From Scyliorhinus canicula (Eukaryota): DNA of 64,000 nt. Below, in pieces: positions 50,989 through 63,669 of this stretch (its first letter is position 1; every line of letters starts with the position of its first letter). The stretch is from the NCBI RefSeq assembly GCF_902713615.1, contig NC_052152.1, positions 142,712,815-142,776,814 of the forward strand, written 5' to 3'. A program made the position numbers and the translations under genes. The notes beneath the pieces are model-generated. The model did no database searches. It saw only the letters and a program-made list of their open reading frames with translations, and was not told where the DNA came from.

Positions 50989-51646
50989 GGGCGGGATTCT
51001 CTGAGCCCCACGCCGGTCCAGAGAATCGCCGCAACCACGCCATGCCGCCCCAAAGCCCGTATGCGAATCTCCAAGGAGCGGAGAATCGGCGCCATTTGCG
51101 CTGGTGCGTTTGGCGTGGCCTGCTGTCCGCGGCCAGGCCGCTGATTCTCCGGCCTTGATGGACCGAGCAGCCGTGCGGAAACGGGAAAGTCCCGCCAGCG
51201 CCATCCACACCCGCTCGCAGCCGGCAGGAACTCTGCTCGCAGTGTCGAGAGGCAGCCTGTGGGGGGGGGGGGAGGGGGGGCTCCTTCACCGGGGGGGAAT
51301 GAGCCTCCACGGGGTCCAGCCCGTGATTGGGGCCTACCGATCGGCGGGCCGACCTCTCCAACCCCGGCCCTATTTTGTTATGCGGCCAGCCCCTGAACCC
51401 CTGTGCCATGTTGCGTCGGGGTTGGCGCATTGAGGGAATCCCCCGCGCATGCGCGGGTTGGCGCGGCGCTACTGCGCATGCGCGGATTTATGCAGCGCCC
51501 AGTTGGTGCCGGAAGGGAAGCTGGAGCGGTGTGAACCGCTCCAGTGCCATGCTGACCCCCTATGGGGTCAGAATCGGTAGTGCTCACACGCATTTCGCGT
51601 TCACGATGACGCGGACATTCTGCCTCCATTTCGGAGAATCCTGTCC
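50989..51646. mobile_element. Harbinger MITE (family C)
   Basis: GGGCGGGATTCTCTGA / TCGGAGAATCCTGTCC; TSD AGG. Confidence 0.85.
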
Positions 51647-52599
51647 AGGAAGTGAGAAAGCACAGGCCAGTTATCTTAACAAAGTAATTATTAGAAGCTA
51701 TTATGAAAGAAGTTAGGACACTTGTATCAGCTCAAGGTAGAGTCAACATGGTTTTGTGAAAGGGTAATCATGTTTAACCACCTTATTGGCGTTCTTTGAG
51801 AAGGTAATTAGCATTGTGGATAAAGGTGCACCAGCGTATGTGCTGTGCTTAGATTTCCAGAAGACATTTGATAAAGTGCTACATCAAAGTTTATTACGAA
51901 AAATAAAAGTTCATGTTGTAGGTGGTAAGGTATGGGAATGGATAGAAGATTGACTGTCAGACAGTAAGTATAAATGGGTCTTTTTCCAGTTGGCAAAATG
52001 TAACAACTGATGTGCCACAGGGGCCAGTGCTGGGACCTCAAATGTTTACAATTATATAAATGACTTGGATGAAGGAATTGAAGGGATGTTTGCAAGATTT
52101 GCAGATGACGGAAAGATAGGTAGGAAAGAAAGTTGTGAAGAGGACATAGGAGGCTCCAAAAATATATAGATAGGTAAAGTGACTGGGCAAAAAATTGGCA
52201 AATGGAGTGTAATGTGGGAAAACGTGAAATTCTCCACTTTGGTCGGAAGAATAAGAGAAGCATAGTATCTAAATTGTGAGATTTCAGAGGGATCTGGATG
52301 TCCTAGTGAAGGGTTTTTCAAAGTGTGGGTCACAACCTGCGGGTGATTCATGGGACGGTGTTAGGAGAATTGCAGAGCGAACGATCACCGCACTCAGTGG
52401 CCATTACCGGCATTTTTGGTGAGAATGGCGGCCACTACCACTTTTTAAATGAGAATGAAATGATGCTCTGTGCAATACTCAAGCAGGCCAACATACACTT
52501 GACATCAAGTGCCCTCTATGTAGATGTAGATGCCAAATCACAGAAGAGAGCTTCTTCCATTTTATTAGCTGTTGGCAAGCAAGGACTGTGGAAATGAAT

Positions 52600-52885
52600 C
52601 ATTTTCTTACAAGCAAGAGACGGCCAGAGACACCAATAGGCAGTGTACCTACTGGGCAGGATCTCACAACAGAATCTGCAGGAGAGAGCTGCTCAAGACA
52701 GTTCAGGGCAGGACAGAGCAGTACTAGTGTTAAGTCTGTACAGAGTTAAAGGACCTCCAGTAGACAGCGTACAAAGAAACAACTTGGGAACAAAGCAGTA
52801 CAAAGATGATTTCTTGAGGTATGGTTTTGTCAATTATGCCAATGCAAATCAGGATGCAAAGCCCATGTGTGATATATGCAGGAGA
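52600..52885 (+). pseudogene. hAT (Buster/ZBED-like) transposase N-terminal fragment
   Basis: KQYKDDFLRYGFV...KPMCDIC resembles the start of a BED zinc finger (Y..YGF...P.C.IC). Confidence 0.6.
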
Positions 52886-54267
52886 CAATTCTTGAATTCT
52901 GTAATTTTTAAAAATGTATTCATTCACAGGGTATGGGCATTACTGGGAGGGCCAGCATTCATTATGGATCTCAATTTGCTCCTGGGAGTGTTTCATTGTT
53001 ATCCGCTAAATGGCTGGAAAACAGACTTGAAATTACACACTTATAGGGTTTTAGCGGACGAGGAAAAGGGACCACCAAAAAGAGTGAACAAATTTCCATT
53101 ACCAGATTTCCTGGGAGCCCAGGAAAGCATTCAGAAAATGGATGCTCGATCCTGGGTCCTGTTACTTACAACCAGAGCAAGTAAAGTTAAATATGGACCT
53201 TGGTTTGTTTCTATCCCATTCAGTGCTTTTTGGAGGGAATAAACGAACGGAGTCCTTGACACCGTATTGAACTTGAGTAAAAACGGATTTATTCAACATG
53301 CATGAAGGAGAGCGAAAATGGAAGACATAACGTCCAGCTTGACTCCAAGTCACTCTCCTCTGAAAACAGCTTTTTACACAGCTATTATACCTTTTCTGCG
53401 TTACAGAGTGTTACATGACATTAAGTACAAAGAACAAACAAAGAACAAAGAACGATACAGCACAGGAATAGGCCCTTCGGCCCTCCAAGGCTGTACCGGT
53501 CATGATACCAAGTAGTTTTCAATTGGTTACAGAGTAGTTCCGATTACATTATGCAGACCCATTGTCCTGTATGCATTACTTTAATTATTTTCCGGGCACC
53601 TCTTATTTATATGTTGTACAATACAAAGGCAATCTGTTCGAACAGCATATTATGATGATATGGTAATTGTTCCATCTCCTTGACAGTTGACTGGTTTGCA
53701 GGGGCCCAATGGCTTCTCGAGACTGCGTAGAGCCTGTTTTAACTGTTTTTATTGTCGCCATGGCCTCACAAAGACTTCACGTGGGGTGTACTGTGCTTGC
53801 TATCTGAGATATGGTAATTGATAGTGTGTGTGAACAGTTGAGTGTGGGCACTGTCTTTTTGACCTTTTCCTTACCAGTTTCCCTGTTGCCACCTGCATAC
53901 CCTGGAGTTGCCCTATTACAGTGTTTCATAAATGTAAATAGTATGGAGGTGTTTTAAGGTGACTTTGTTGTTGAACTGTGAACAGGCGTGTTATAAAATG
54001 ATAATGGAGTACTATTCAATATATCTTGTATGAGTGCCCAATGCATCACTCTTCCTGGCCACACTGGTGTTTCAGGAGCTCCATCCTCAAGGTATCAGTC
54101 TGCTGATTTGGCTTTGTTTTAGGATTATCTTCTCTTCCTCCACTCTTAGACCGTTCCCTTTAATAAACAGTGGAACTGGTAACAATGGTCCCTGGAGGCT
54201 CTGGGTACGATCTATTGCAAGCTGCTTCTCATGTCCCAACAACAGAAATTTTCAAGTCAGAAACAGT

Positions 54268-55006
54268 GGGCGCAATTCTCCGCACTCACGACGGTGCGGA
54301 GAATAGCGGGGTTCGTAAATTTTTACGGCCACGCTAGTCTGACGCCCTCCCGCTATTCTCCCCCCCCCCCCCCCACGCCCGACTCCCAACACGAATCGCT
54401 GCCGCCGTTTTTTTACGGCCAGCAGCGATTCTCAGCTGGCCGATGGGCCGAAGTCCAAGCCCTTTACGGCTGTTTTTACGAACGGCAAACACACCTGGTC
54501 TGGCCGTTCGTAAAAACGGCCGTAAAGTCCCGATTTTGAAAACCATGGCACCGATTGGCACGGCAGTACCACGGCCGTGCCAAGGGTGCCATGGGCCCGC
54601 GATCGGTGGGCACCGATCGCGGGCAGCGGGTCCGATTCCCGCGCACTCTTTGTCCTTCCACCGTCCCGCTGTATCACTTCGCGGGGCGGCTGAGGGGCAT
54701 CCTGGCCCGCGCATGCGCGGGTTTTGCGCAAATGCGCGATGATGTCATCCGCGCATGCGCGGGTTGGAGTCTTCCAATCCGCGCATGCGCGGCTGACGTC
54801 ATGTGACGCGTCAGCCGGCGCAAACTCTGGCAAGCGGGCTTAACGAAATTCGTTAAGCCCGCGATGCCGGAGTTCACGGCCGCGGCATACTAACCCCGAC
54901 CGGGGACCAGAATCGGTTCCCGGTCGGGGAGGGGGAGGCTGGCGTCAAACCCGCCTGGTTTTGACGCCAGCCTTACGATTTCTCCCTGTCTGGGAGAATC
55001 GCGCCC
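54268..55006. mobile_element. Young Harbinger MITE (family A)
   Basis: GGGCGCAATTCTCC / GGAGAATCGCGCCC; exact TSD AGT. Confidence 0.92.
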
Positions 55007-55394
55007 AGTATGCTTCGTAAAGATTAGAATGATTCCTTATTCATGACCACACTTTACTTTTGTTCAAAGGTGTCATTAGGCAGCTTAAGATACGATGAGG
55101 AATTTTCCTTCCTGTCTAAATCAAATAAGACGAGGACAAATAAAGCAGATAAAGTAAAAACATTGTGGAAGCAAACATGGTCTCGCTAGTACCTGATTGG
55201 CTGCAGATTACTGTAAATGTGCAGGGGTCTGTGTGAATTGAGAACAGCTGAAATAATCACTATGCATCTCAATGGACACATGGGTGTTATCAAGCACACC
55301 CTTTGCAGAAGGTGTGACGTCAGGTTGAATTGGCCAACCCTGGAAAGCAGTCATAACTTCTTCCATCAGGCAGGAGATACAAAAGTCTGAAAAC

Positions 55395-55662
55395 ACACAC
55401 GAGCAGATTCAAAAACAGCTTCTTGCCCACTGTTACCAGACTCCTAAATGACCCTCTTATGGACAGATCTGATTAATACTACACACCTGTATGCTTCACC
55501 CGATGCCGGTGTCTATGTATTCACATTGTGTACCATGTGTTGCCCTGTGATGTATTTTCTTCCCATGTACTGAATGATCTGTTTGAGCTGCTCGCAGAAA
55601 AATACTTTTCACTGTACCTTGGTACACATGACAATAAACAAATCCAATCCACACAATCCAAT
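55395..55662 (+). mobile_element. Rex1/Babar-like LINE 3' end
   Basis: T.SRFKNSF...VTRLLN-type C-terminus, AATAAA and a (CAATC)n tail. Confidence 0.6.
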
Positions 55663-55776
55663 CTCCTAATACTAAAAATAGAAAATTATAGAAATACAAG
55701 CCTGGCAGCACCTGTGAATGAAGTGTTAAGGTTTCACAACTGTGACCTTTCATTGAGATGCAGAACGGTTGCTGGA

Positions 55777-56043
55777 TCATAGAATTTAGATCATAGAATT
55801 TACAGTACAGAAGAAAGCAATTCGGCCCATTGAGTCTGCACCGGCTCTTGGAAAGAGTACCCTGCTTAAGCCCACGCCTCCACCCTATCCCGGTAATCCA
55901 GTAACCCCACCTTGGGGCAATTTATCATGGCCAATCCATCTAACCTGCACATCTTTGGACTGTGGGAGGAAACCGGAGCACCCGGAGGAAACTGACGCAG
56001 ACACGGGAGAATGTGCAAACTCCACACAGACAGTCACCCAAGG
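55777..56043 (-). mobile_element. HE1-type V-SINE (head lost)
   Basis: V-domain and (TTCTATGAT) tail. Confidence 0.85.
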
Positions 56044-56049
56044 CCTGAA

Positions 56050-56396
56050 TTGAACACATGAGTATGACCTCAACCGGAAACTTGGATTCATGTCGCATTA
56101 CATTCACCCCCCCAACATCTGGCCTGGTCTTGCAAAATCCTACCAACTGTCCCAGTTTGAGACAACACACACCTCTTTAACCTGGGGTTACCCCTCTCTC
56201 TGGCTCTGTAAAGACTTGATTACCTGCAAATGCTCACATTCAAAGCATCGTCTTGCATCTTTGACTTTGTCTATGTATATATTTCTGGAACCTCCTCTTC
56301 ATTAACCTGAGGAAGGAGTAGTGCTCCTAAAGCTAGTAATTTGAAACAAGCCTGTTGGACTTTAACCTGGTGTTGTAAGACTTCTTACTGTGCTCT
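56050..56396 (+). mobile_element. Penelope-like element 3' fragment
   Basis: THEYDLNRKLGFMSHY resembles the GLN-containing end of the PLE GIY-YIG domain; followed by a pLTR with a degenerate hammerhead CTGAGGA-AGGAGTAGTGCTCC-TAAA. Confidence 0.75.
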
Positions 56397-57340
56397 CATC
56401 TGTAATTGATGCAATGGAACTAGCAAGATCATGGGAGACGTGGCTGTGAAAATGGGTCAGAGTGCGAACACGGAGGAAGACATTTTGGGAGGATAAGAGG
56501 GCAGCGAATTTAGAGAAGAGAAAAGTTGGTCAATAATGTCAATACCAACTACAGCACAATCTCAAATTATTATCAGCAATCCTGAGCATAGGAATATGTG
56601 AACAGTTTCAAATTGTCTCTATTTAGGTCAGCGCGAGAAAAAAGAATTGTGTAGTCTTTGTTGATTTGGAATATAAAATATTATCATCATCCTCTAAAGT
56701 CTGTAGTCTATTAGGGACATAATTTCTAAAATTACTTTCACGGAGAACAGTGGCTGCTTGTTGATGTGAAATAGACTGTGATCCCGAATGTTCCTCACAA
56801 TAATTAACAGATTTAAAACTGTACATGGCCCAAATTCCCATCCATTATAGATTGACTAAATGGTTTGTCTCTGTGTAATGCTATTGTAGTTGGTAACAAC
56901 ATGGGTGCCAGTCAGGATTCAAACTGTAGCGAGAAGGCGAGCAGATGAGCACAGCAAAACATTCTATTTTCTCCACTGCTCCAACCATATTTCCATTGCA
57001 TCATTACCTGATTGAAACCGTCAATAAAATTTGTTCCAAATGTTTTATGAAGGAATCAAACTGATAATAACATTTTACTCACTTAAAGGGAACTAAATCC
57101 AAGATGGTAATTTTCATCTAACCTCCAATGGTTATGTTTATGCTGGCCTGCTATTTTATAACCCATCCATCAAGTCAATGAAGAGTAAAATAATGGAGGT
57201 GTAAATCAGGTGTCTGACCTTCTCCACTCATCTCCCATCAGGTCTTACACTAATGAACCGTCTGCCATCTCAGGTGGACATACTGCATCAGACAACACTA
57301 TTGCAAAGAAGAGCAGGAGAGCTCTCCCTGGTTCCCTGAC

Positions 57341-57930
57341 TGTTGTCAGGGCAGCATGGTAGCATAGTGGTTAGCACAGTTGCTTCACAGCTCCAGGGTC
57401 CCAGGTTCGATTCCCCGCTGTTTCACTGTCTGTGCGGAGTCTGCACATTCTCCCCGTGTGTGCGTGGGTTTCCTCCGGGTGCTCCGGTTTCCTCCCCAGT
57501 CCAAAGATGGGCGGGTTAGGTGGATTGGCCATGCTAAATTGCCCTTCGTGTCCAAAAAGGTTAATTGGGGTCACTGGGTTAAGGGGATGGGGTGGAGTAG
57601 GTGTGGGCCTGAGTGGGGTGCTCTTTCCAAGGGCCGGTGCAGACTTGATGGGCTGAATGGCCTCCTTCTGCACTGTAAATTCTATGTAACATGCACGGGA
57701 CTCATGGGGCCGAACCAATTAGCCTCCCTGTGAGTCTCGTAGAGTATCAGCCTCCCCGCTGAGGAGTGGAGCTCCCATCAGTGGGATAGCACACACAAAA
57801 CTTTTGGCCAGAGTGAAAGCTGAGCTGGAGTAGTCATGTCCAGGCCCAGTGTATATAGTAGTCCAACTTCTTGTAAATAAACAACGTAATTCTTGATATT
57901 CCTCATGTCGCCTCTTCTGTGGACCTAAAA
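57341..57930 (+). mobile_element. Solo LTR (contains a SINE)
   Basis: 5-bp TSD CTGAC (57336-57340, 57931-57935), TG start, AATAAA about 57876. Confidence 0.65.
57349..57686 (+). mobile_element. HE1-type V-SINE
   Basis: A/B-box tRNA head (GGTTCGATTCC), V-domain and tail. Confidence 0.9.
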
Positions 57931-58229
57931 CTGACCAATAATAAACTCCGATCAACATCCAAGACAGATGATCTGGTCATCTAATGCATTGCTGTTTCTG
58001 AGAACTGGATGTGCACCAATTGAGTACTGTATTTTCGACATTACAATAGTGACTACACTTTAAAAAGTATTTAATTGATAGTAAAGTCCTTCGGCTGTAA
58101 TGTGCTGAGGTTATAAAAGGCCCTATATAAATGACAGTTATCTTTTTTTTATCCACAACGGAGAAATGACTGAGTTTAAAATATATATAAATCAGAATGC
58201 AGAGTCCTAGACACCCTACAGGAAAAGGA

Positions 58230-59515
58230 GATGGTTGATCCTGTCAGGTGGTTCCCTGATCAGACTGTCAAAGTCGTTTGGCAGAATTCTTCATTGCCTG
58301 AACTTTCAAACAAACATCAAAATGTAGCTTAGTTGGTGCTGGGGAAGACCTTCCCCATCAGATCCTTTCTACACACCCAAAATCTCACCCCTCCACACGT
58401 TGCCATCAAGGTGGCTGTAGTGGTGAAGAGTCCATTGTTTACCTCCTTCTTGAATGTGTCTTTGCAAAGAAGGTCTGGAGAGAGATGCAGTGGTTTTTTT
58501 TTGTCAAGGTTCATCCCAAACAGCTCTGTGACACAGCACTCTGTGGTCTGTTCCCAAGAATACAAACTGAGAAACATCAACTGCGGATGGAGAATCACCA
58601 GCTTGGTGAAAGACGCTCTTTGGTCTGTCTGAAACTTGCTGGTCTTTCAGTGCAAAGAGTTGTCCATGACAGAATATTGCAGACTGGCACACTCCAAGGT
58701 CCAGGACTGCATGCTAAGGGATGCACTGAAGCTTGGGGGAGCTGTTGAAGAAGCACAGTGCGGAAAGGTTCTGTCTGAGGCCTTTCAGCCATAGTACACT
58801 GAGGGGCTGGGACGTTTATAGAACCCCTCGGACTGTATATCGGGCATTGAACATACTTTATAAATATCAAGAGAATTGAGGTACCTCAGAGAGGAACATG
58901 CTGTATGAAGGGAAGTTGAATGCTATTGCATTTTCTTAAATTTAACAATTTGGAATATTTTGCCACCAGTCTGCATGTCTGAAAAGGAATGTATATTATA
59001 AATATCAAGAGAATTACAATTATATTGAGGCACCTCCTTACACATAATATAGTGACAAGTCAAATTTTATTGCACTTTCATGTTTAGGTTGAAATGTTTT
59101 GTCATGCGCTTAGAACATAGAACAGTACAGCACAGAACAGGCCCTTCGGCCCTCGATGTTGTGCCGAGCAATGATCACCCTACTCAAACCCACGTATCCA
59201 CCCTATACCCGTAACCCAACAACCCCCCCCCCTTAACCTTACTTTTTAGGACACTACGGGCAATTTAGCATGGCCAATCCACCTAACCCGCACATCTTTG
59301 GACTGTGGGAGGAAACCGGAGCACCCGGAGGAAACCCACGCACACACGGGGAGGACGTGCAGACTCCGCACAGACAGTGACCCAGCCGGGAATCGAACCT
59401 GGGACCCTGGAGCTGTGAAGCATTTATGCTAACCACCATGCTACCATGCTGCCCACTTCACCATGCTACCGTGCTTCTTCATGTTTTATGAATAAAGTAT
59501 ATTTTTTGGAAAAAC
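58230..59515 (+). mobile_element. L1/Tx1-clade LINE 3' end (zf-RVT C-terminus plus 3' UTR)
   Basis: WQNSS...LSNKHQ...PIRSFLH...C..GGCSGEESIVYLLLECVFAKKVW...VKDALW; AATAAA and A-rich end about 59491-59515. Confidence 0.8.
59111..59454 (-). mobile_element. Young HE1-type V-SINE
   Basis: Intact head, V-domain and (GTTCTAT) tail. Confidence 0.92.
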
Positions 59516-60802
59516 AAGAAATAAACCAGAGTCCATTGCTCGAGATAACTCATCATCATAACAGGGTATGGTTTCAACTGCATCAGTTAATTGGCCAAAC
59601 AGACTAAAAGTTTGCAGAATGCAGCAAATCCAATGACAGCAAGCAGATTATTTATTTTGAGCTTCCCCTTTTCTCAACAGTCTTCAAGTTCTGTCGTGTG
59701 GAGATAGTCCATTGTCTATCTGAAGCTGTAAACAATCACCAAACCAACTCCAATTCTGGTACAATTTTCTGATTTGTGGTACAACACAGTTTATCTCAAT
59801 TTCTGCTTGTCCAGTTAATTACCCTGCCCTGAAATTATCTCTTGGAAACTATTGTTAAGAATCAACAGTCAATTCAATGTATCAAATATAATAAAGTGCA
59901 GCAGTAAGTATCAACCAAGTGAGGAGGGTAAAAATCCCTCCGCTCACCTCTTCATCTAGATTTCAATTTGAAATAGGTCTGGAATCCCCAGATAGCACAC
60001 CAGATCAAAAGTAACAACCAGCGTATGTTTCGATAATTTCTTACATGACCTCTGAATATTGCAAAGAATCTCACAGGCCAATGAAGTACTTTTGAAGTGA
60101 TGTCCATGTTGTAGTGTCAGGGCAGTTAACTTGTGCCCAAAACCCCCCAACGAATAACAATGGCCCGTACATTCTGTGTTTTGTGCTGGCGTACGGAGAT
60201 TGCACATCGCACATGCTCATTGGAACTATCCGGAAGTCCCGGCACACGGACCTGCGTGCCGAAAGCGTTCCAAGTTCAAACTTCCGATCCTGTGTTTTTG
60301 AAGTTCTTTGCTGCAAGTGCTGTGCTGAAGCAGCTGAATGTGAAATCAGGGGACAGCGCTAACCTGACCGGCTTGCCACGACATTATTACCAGCATGATA
60401 TGCAGTATTTGGACCACTAGAGGTCCCTGTACACCTACCAAAACACTTGCCAATTTGCATTGCTTTTCAGAACCTCCAATGACTACATACCTTGGAATAG
60501 GAGATCAATTTGATCTCCTATCCCAAGGCATGTAGTTGTTGGAGGTTCTGAAAAGCAATGCAAATAATAGTTCTTTCAAACCTGACTCCAATACCAACCA
60601 AGAGAAAGTGTCAAGGGCCAAGGAGTCATCCTGGGTTGTACATCATAATTGCAGTCATTGTGGACCCCAAACACGAAAGACGACAAAAACTCATGGTCGG
60701 GTAGGAATTAACGATAGGTTTATTATGGTGTACTCAAACCAATGAAAGGCAATTACTTCTCTCCCCGAAGGGCCACTCTCCCTCACCTGCACCCAGGACC
60801 GG

Positions 60803-60977
60803 GGGCTGGGTTCTCTGCCCCACCCCGCTGTGCCACTTTTCTGCCTCGACCCGCCAGCGGGATTCTCCATTACGCCGGCCAGTCAATGGGGTTTCCCATT
60901 GTGGGGCAGCCCCGTGCCATCTGGAAATCCCCGGGCACCGGCAAAACGGAGAATCCCGCCAGCGGAGAATCGCGCCC
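60803..60977. mobile_element. Short Harbinger MITE inside the LTR
   Basis: GGGCTGGGTTCTC / GAGAATCGCGCCC; CGG/AGG flanks. Confidence 0.75.
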
Positions 60978-62334
60978 AGGGTGTTTATACTGTGTGGATT
61001 TCCCTTGTTAATGGGAAACCCCGCCCCCAATTACCGGGGGAGTTCATACTCAGCTGTGTAAGCGGGATAATAAATGGAGCACAGTCCTTGGTCACCAAAG
61101 AGGGTTATAACACCTTCGTGCACCCCCCCCCCCCCCCAAGCCCGGAGAAACGACCATGTCCTCGGGCTGAGGCCCCCTTGCCCACTTTGGTAGTGGATGG
61201 TGGTCTGGTGTTGACGTGCCGGGCTCGGGATTGTTGAGGCTGGGCGGCGTGGCCAGCGATGGTGTCGGCGCTTCAGAGGGCTGGACAATCATGTCGGGCA
61301 GGCCGATGTCCATGTCTGAGTCAGAGTCTTCTAATGAGGCATCAGGCATCTCAGCATCTCGGGTTTCGACGGGCGGAGGTGATGGTGACTAGTGTGGCAC
61401 TCTAGGCGACGATGGGCGGACCTGGAATGGCATGTCCGTAATCTGTTCCAGGGTCTCCCACATGCAGCGGCGGATGTGACCCAGGTGGAGGGTTGCATCT
61501 TTCCCTATTCCAGGACCAATTACGAAGCTGTATCCTTGGCCCGGAGAATCACACCCATATGGCGCAGGCGCCAAAATTGCGCATGCATACTGCATCAACC
61601 TGGGTCTGTTTCAAAGCGATCCCGCCACTGGTGGACCGATGTCCCGGATGACCAAGCTGAGGTGGGTCCGGAGCCAATGTCCCATCAGCATCTCTGCTGG
61701 TGTCACTCCTGTGGTGGCATGAGTGTTCATCCGGTAGCTGAATAGATACTGGACCAGTTGCGACTCCCAAGACCCTATGGTCAGCTTTTTCATCACCTTA
61801 TCGAAAATTTGGACCTCCCTCTTGGCCAGACCATTTGATGGTGGGTAATAAGGGTGGTCCGTACATGTTGAATACTATTTGCGCCATAAATGCTTCAAAC
61901 ACATCGCTGCTGAAAGTGTGTTGCAGCCTGTCTACTATTGTCTTTGAGGTCACGGTCTGCACTTTGTGAATGTCGAGCCACTTCAAATGGGCGTCCATCA
62001 ACACGAGGAATGTCGCTCCCTGAAATGGGCCGGCGGAGTCGATGTGAACATGAGCCCACGATTTACCTGGCCAATTCCAAGGGTGAATTGATGCAGCTGG
62101 AAGAGTCTTTTGATTCTCCTGGCACGGGCCACAGCGCTGAGCCACCTGAGTTGCCACCAGACACAGCTGTTAGCGAGCATCTTCATCTTAGACATCCCTG
62201 GCTGTCCATTGTAGAGGTATTGCAACAAAAGCACCCGACTGCGTTCCGGGATGACCAGCCATGTCCCCTACAGTAGGACACCGTTCTCCAGGCTCAGCTC
62301 TGAGAGGTTTGATGTATAGGCCAACAGATTTGAA

Positions 62335-62511
62335 AATAAAATGGAAATCGCTTATTGTCACACGTAGACTTCAAATGAAGTTACTGTGAAAAGTACCTAG
62401 TCGCCTCATTCCGGCGCCTGTTCAGGGAGGCTGGTACGGGAATTGAACCGTGCTGCTGGCCTGCCTTGGTCTGCTTTAAAAGCCAGCTATTTAGCCCAGT
62501 GTGCTGAACCA
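62335..62511 (-). mobile_element. tRNA-derived SINE
   Basis: Minus-strand GGTTCAGCACACTGGGCTAAAT...GGTTCAATTCCCGTACC; head related to 478-665. Confidence 0.65.
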
Positions 62512-62545
62512 GATTTTCGGGTACAGCTCCGTGTTGGCCCCTATA

Positions 62546-62882
62546 TCATAGAATCATAGAATTTACAGTGCAGAAGTAGGTCATTTGGCCCATCGACTCT
62601 GCACCGGCCTTGGAGAGATAATCAAACCTAAGCCCACACCTCCATCCCACCTCGGTAACCCAGTAACCCCACCTAACCTTTTTGGACACTAAGGCAATTT
62701 AGCATCCACCTAAGCTGCACATCTTTAGATTGTGGGAGGAAACTGAAACACCAGGGTAAACCGACAAGGACACAGGGAGAACGTGCTGCAGACTCTGCAC
62801 AGACAGTGATCCAAGCCGGGAATCGAACCTGGGACCCTGGAGCTGTGAAGCAACTGTGATAACCACTGTGCTACCATGCCCC
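62546..62882 (-). mobile_element. HE1-type V-SINE
   Basis: Head, V-domain and (TTCTATGA) tail. Confidence 0.88.
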
Positions 62883-63669
62883 CCTTGCGCTACCGTGCCA
62901 TCCTTATACTGGACCATGTAGCAGGCTCTCGATAGCTGCGAGTCAGTCTGGGTCCATTCTTTTACACGAGCCGCTGGGTTCGGCAAGGAATCCATAAAGT
63001 GGAGGCCGCTACTACGTGCGCGGCAGAGGCCGGGCAGGCAGTCTTGTGGAGGTGGGCTTGCGGCTGAATGCATCATCGTGTGCGATCCACGTGCCGGGCG
63101 GTGTTCCAGAATGTATTCATATGCATCAAGGAGCAATGCCCAGTGCTGGACCCGGCAAATGCAATTGGGAATCACTCGGTTTGTGGTCTGTATAGACGGC
63201 AAATGTGTGGCTCACAAACTGGAAGAAATTTTGGACACCAAATACAATTACCCGTCCCTCCTCCTCAACTTGGGCATAGTTCTGCTCAGCGTTAGCCAGT
63301 GTGCACTACATGAAAGTTATCAGTTGCTCTGACCTGTCAGGCATCCGGTGTGCAGGAATGGCTCGCACACCATAGGGGGAAGCCAGGAAAAGCGTCTCTT
63401 CTGGGTCGAAGTGCGGCAATAACGTCTCGGAGGACACCGTCTCTTTACGTCTTGGAATGCCTTCTGGTGCATGAGGTTCCATTCCCACTGGTGCCCTTTA
63501 TTTTAATAAGTTGTGGAGTGGACTAAGCAGTGTGGCCAAGTTGGGATGAATTTTCCATAGTAATTTATGAGTCCCAAAAAGGAATGTCCTTTTTGGGTTG
63601 GGTTGGGTTGGGTTGGGTCCCTAGGGATTGGAACCTGCTGGTGGCACGCACCATGTCTTCCAACAGGTG

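Larger units (their letters stand above)
49860..52310 (+). mobile_element. Old CR1 relic interrupted by an LTR-like insert and two MITEs
   Basis: MENEEMADELNRYFASVFT, KSPGPDGLHPRILKE, then SQHGFVKG, LDFQKTFDKV, FADDGKIG after 51650. Confidence 0.85.
57250..58150 (+). mobile_element. DeuSINE (SacSINE1/AmnSINE-like) relic, interrupted
   Basis: GAAGAGCAGG...CTCCCTGG, resuming at 57931 with CAGAT.ATCTGGTCAT...CATTGCTGTTT...ACATTACAA.AGTGACTACACTT...CTATATAAATG. Confidence 0.65.
60659..63585 (-). mobile_element. Degenerate Ty3/Gypsy LTR retrotransposon (3' LTR 60659-61112, PPT, integrase/RNase H fragments)
   Basis: TG...CA LTR, G-rich PPT at about 61113-61140, HPWNWPGKSWAHVHIDSAGPF, FLFSYR..HATTGVTPAEMLMG-like, QHWALLLDAYEYILEHRP, FLGLINYYGKF. 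Confidence 0.88.

Noticed and set aside
53222-54264. Possible minus-strand LTR plus env/internal fragment
   Set aside because: No TSD, clean termini or recognisable protein motif could be established by eye.
57349-57420. tRNA-like A/B boxes
   Set aside because: These are SINE heads, not tRNA genes; no full cloverleaf.
60322-60360. RE1 half-sites (GTGCTGAA ... GGACAGCGC)
   Set aside because: Wrong orientation and spacing; not supportable.
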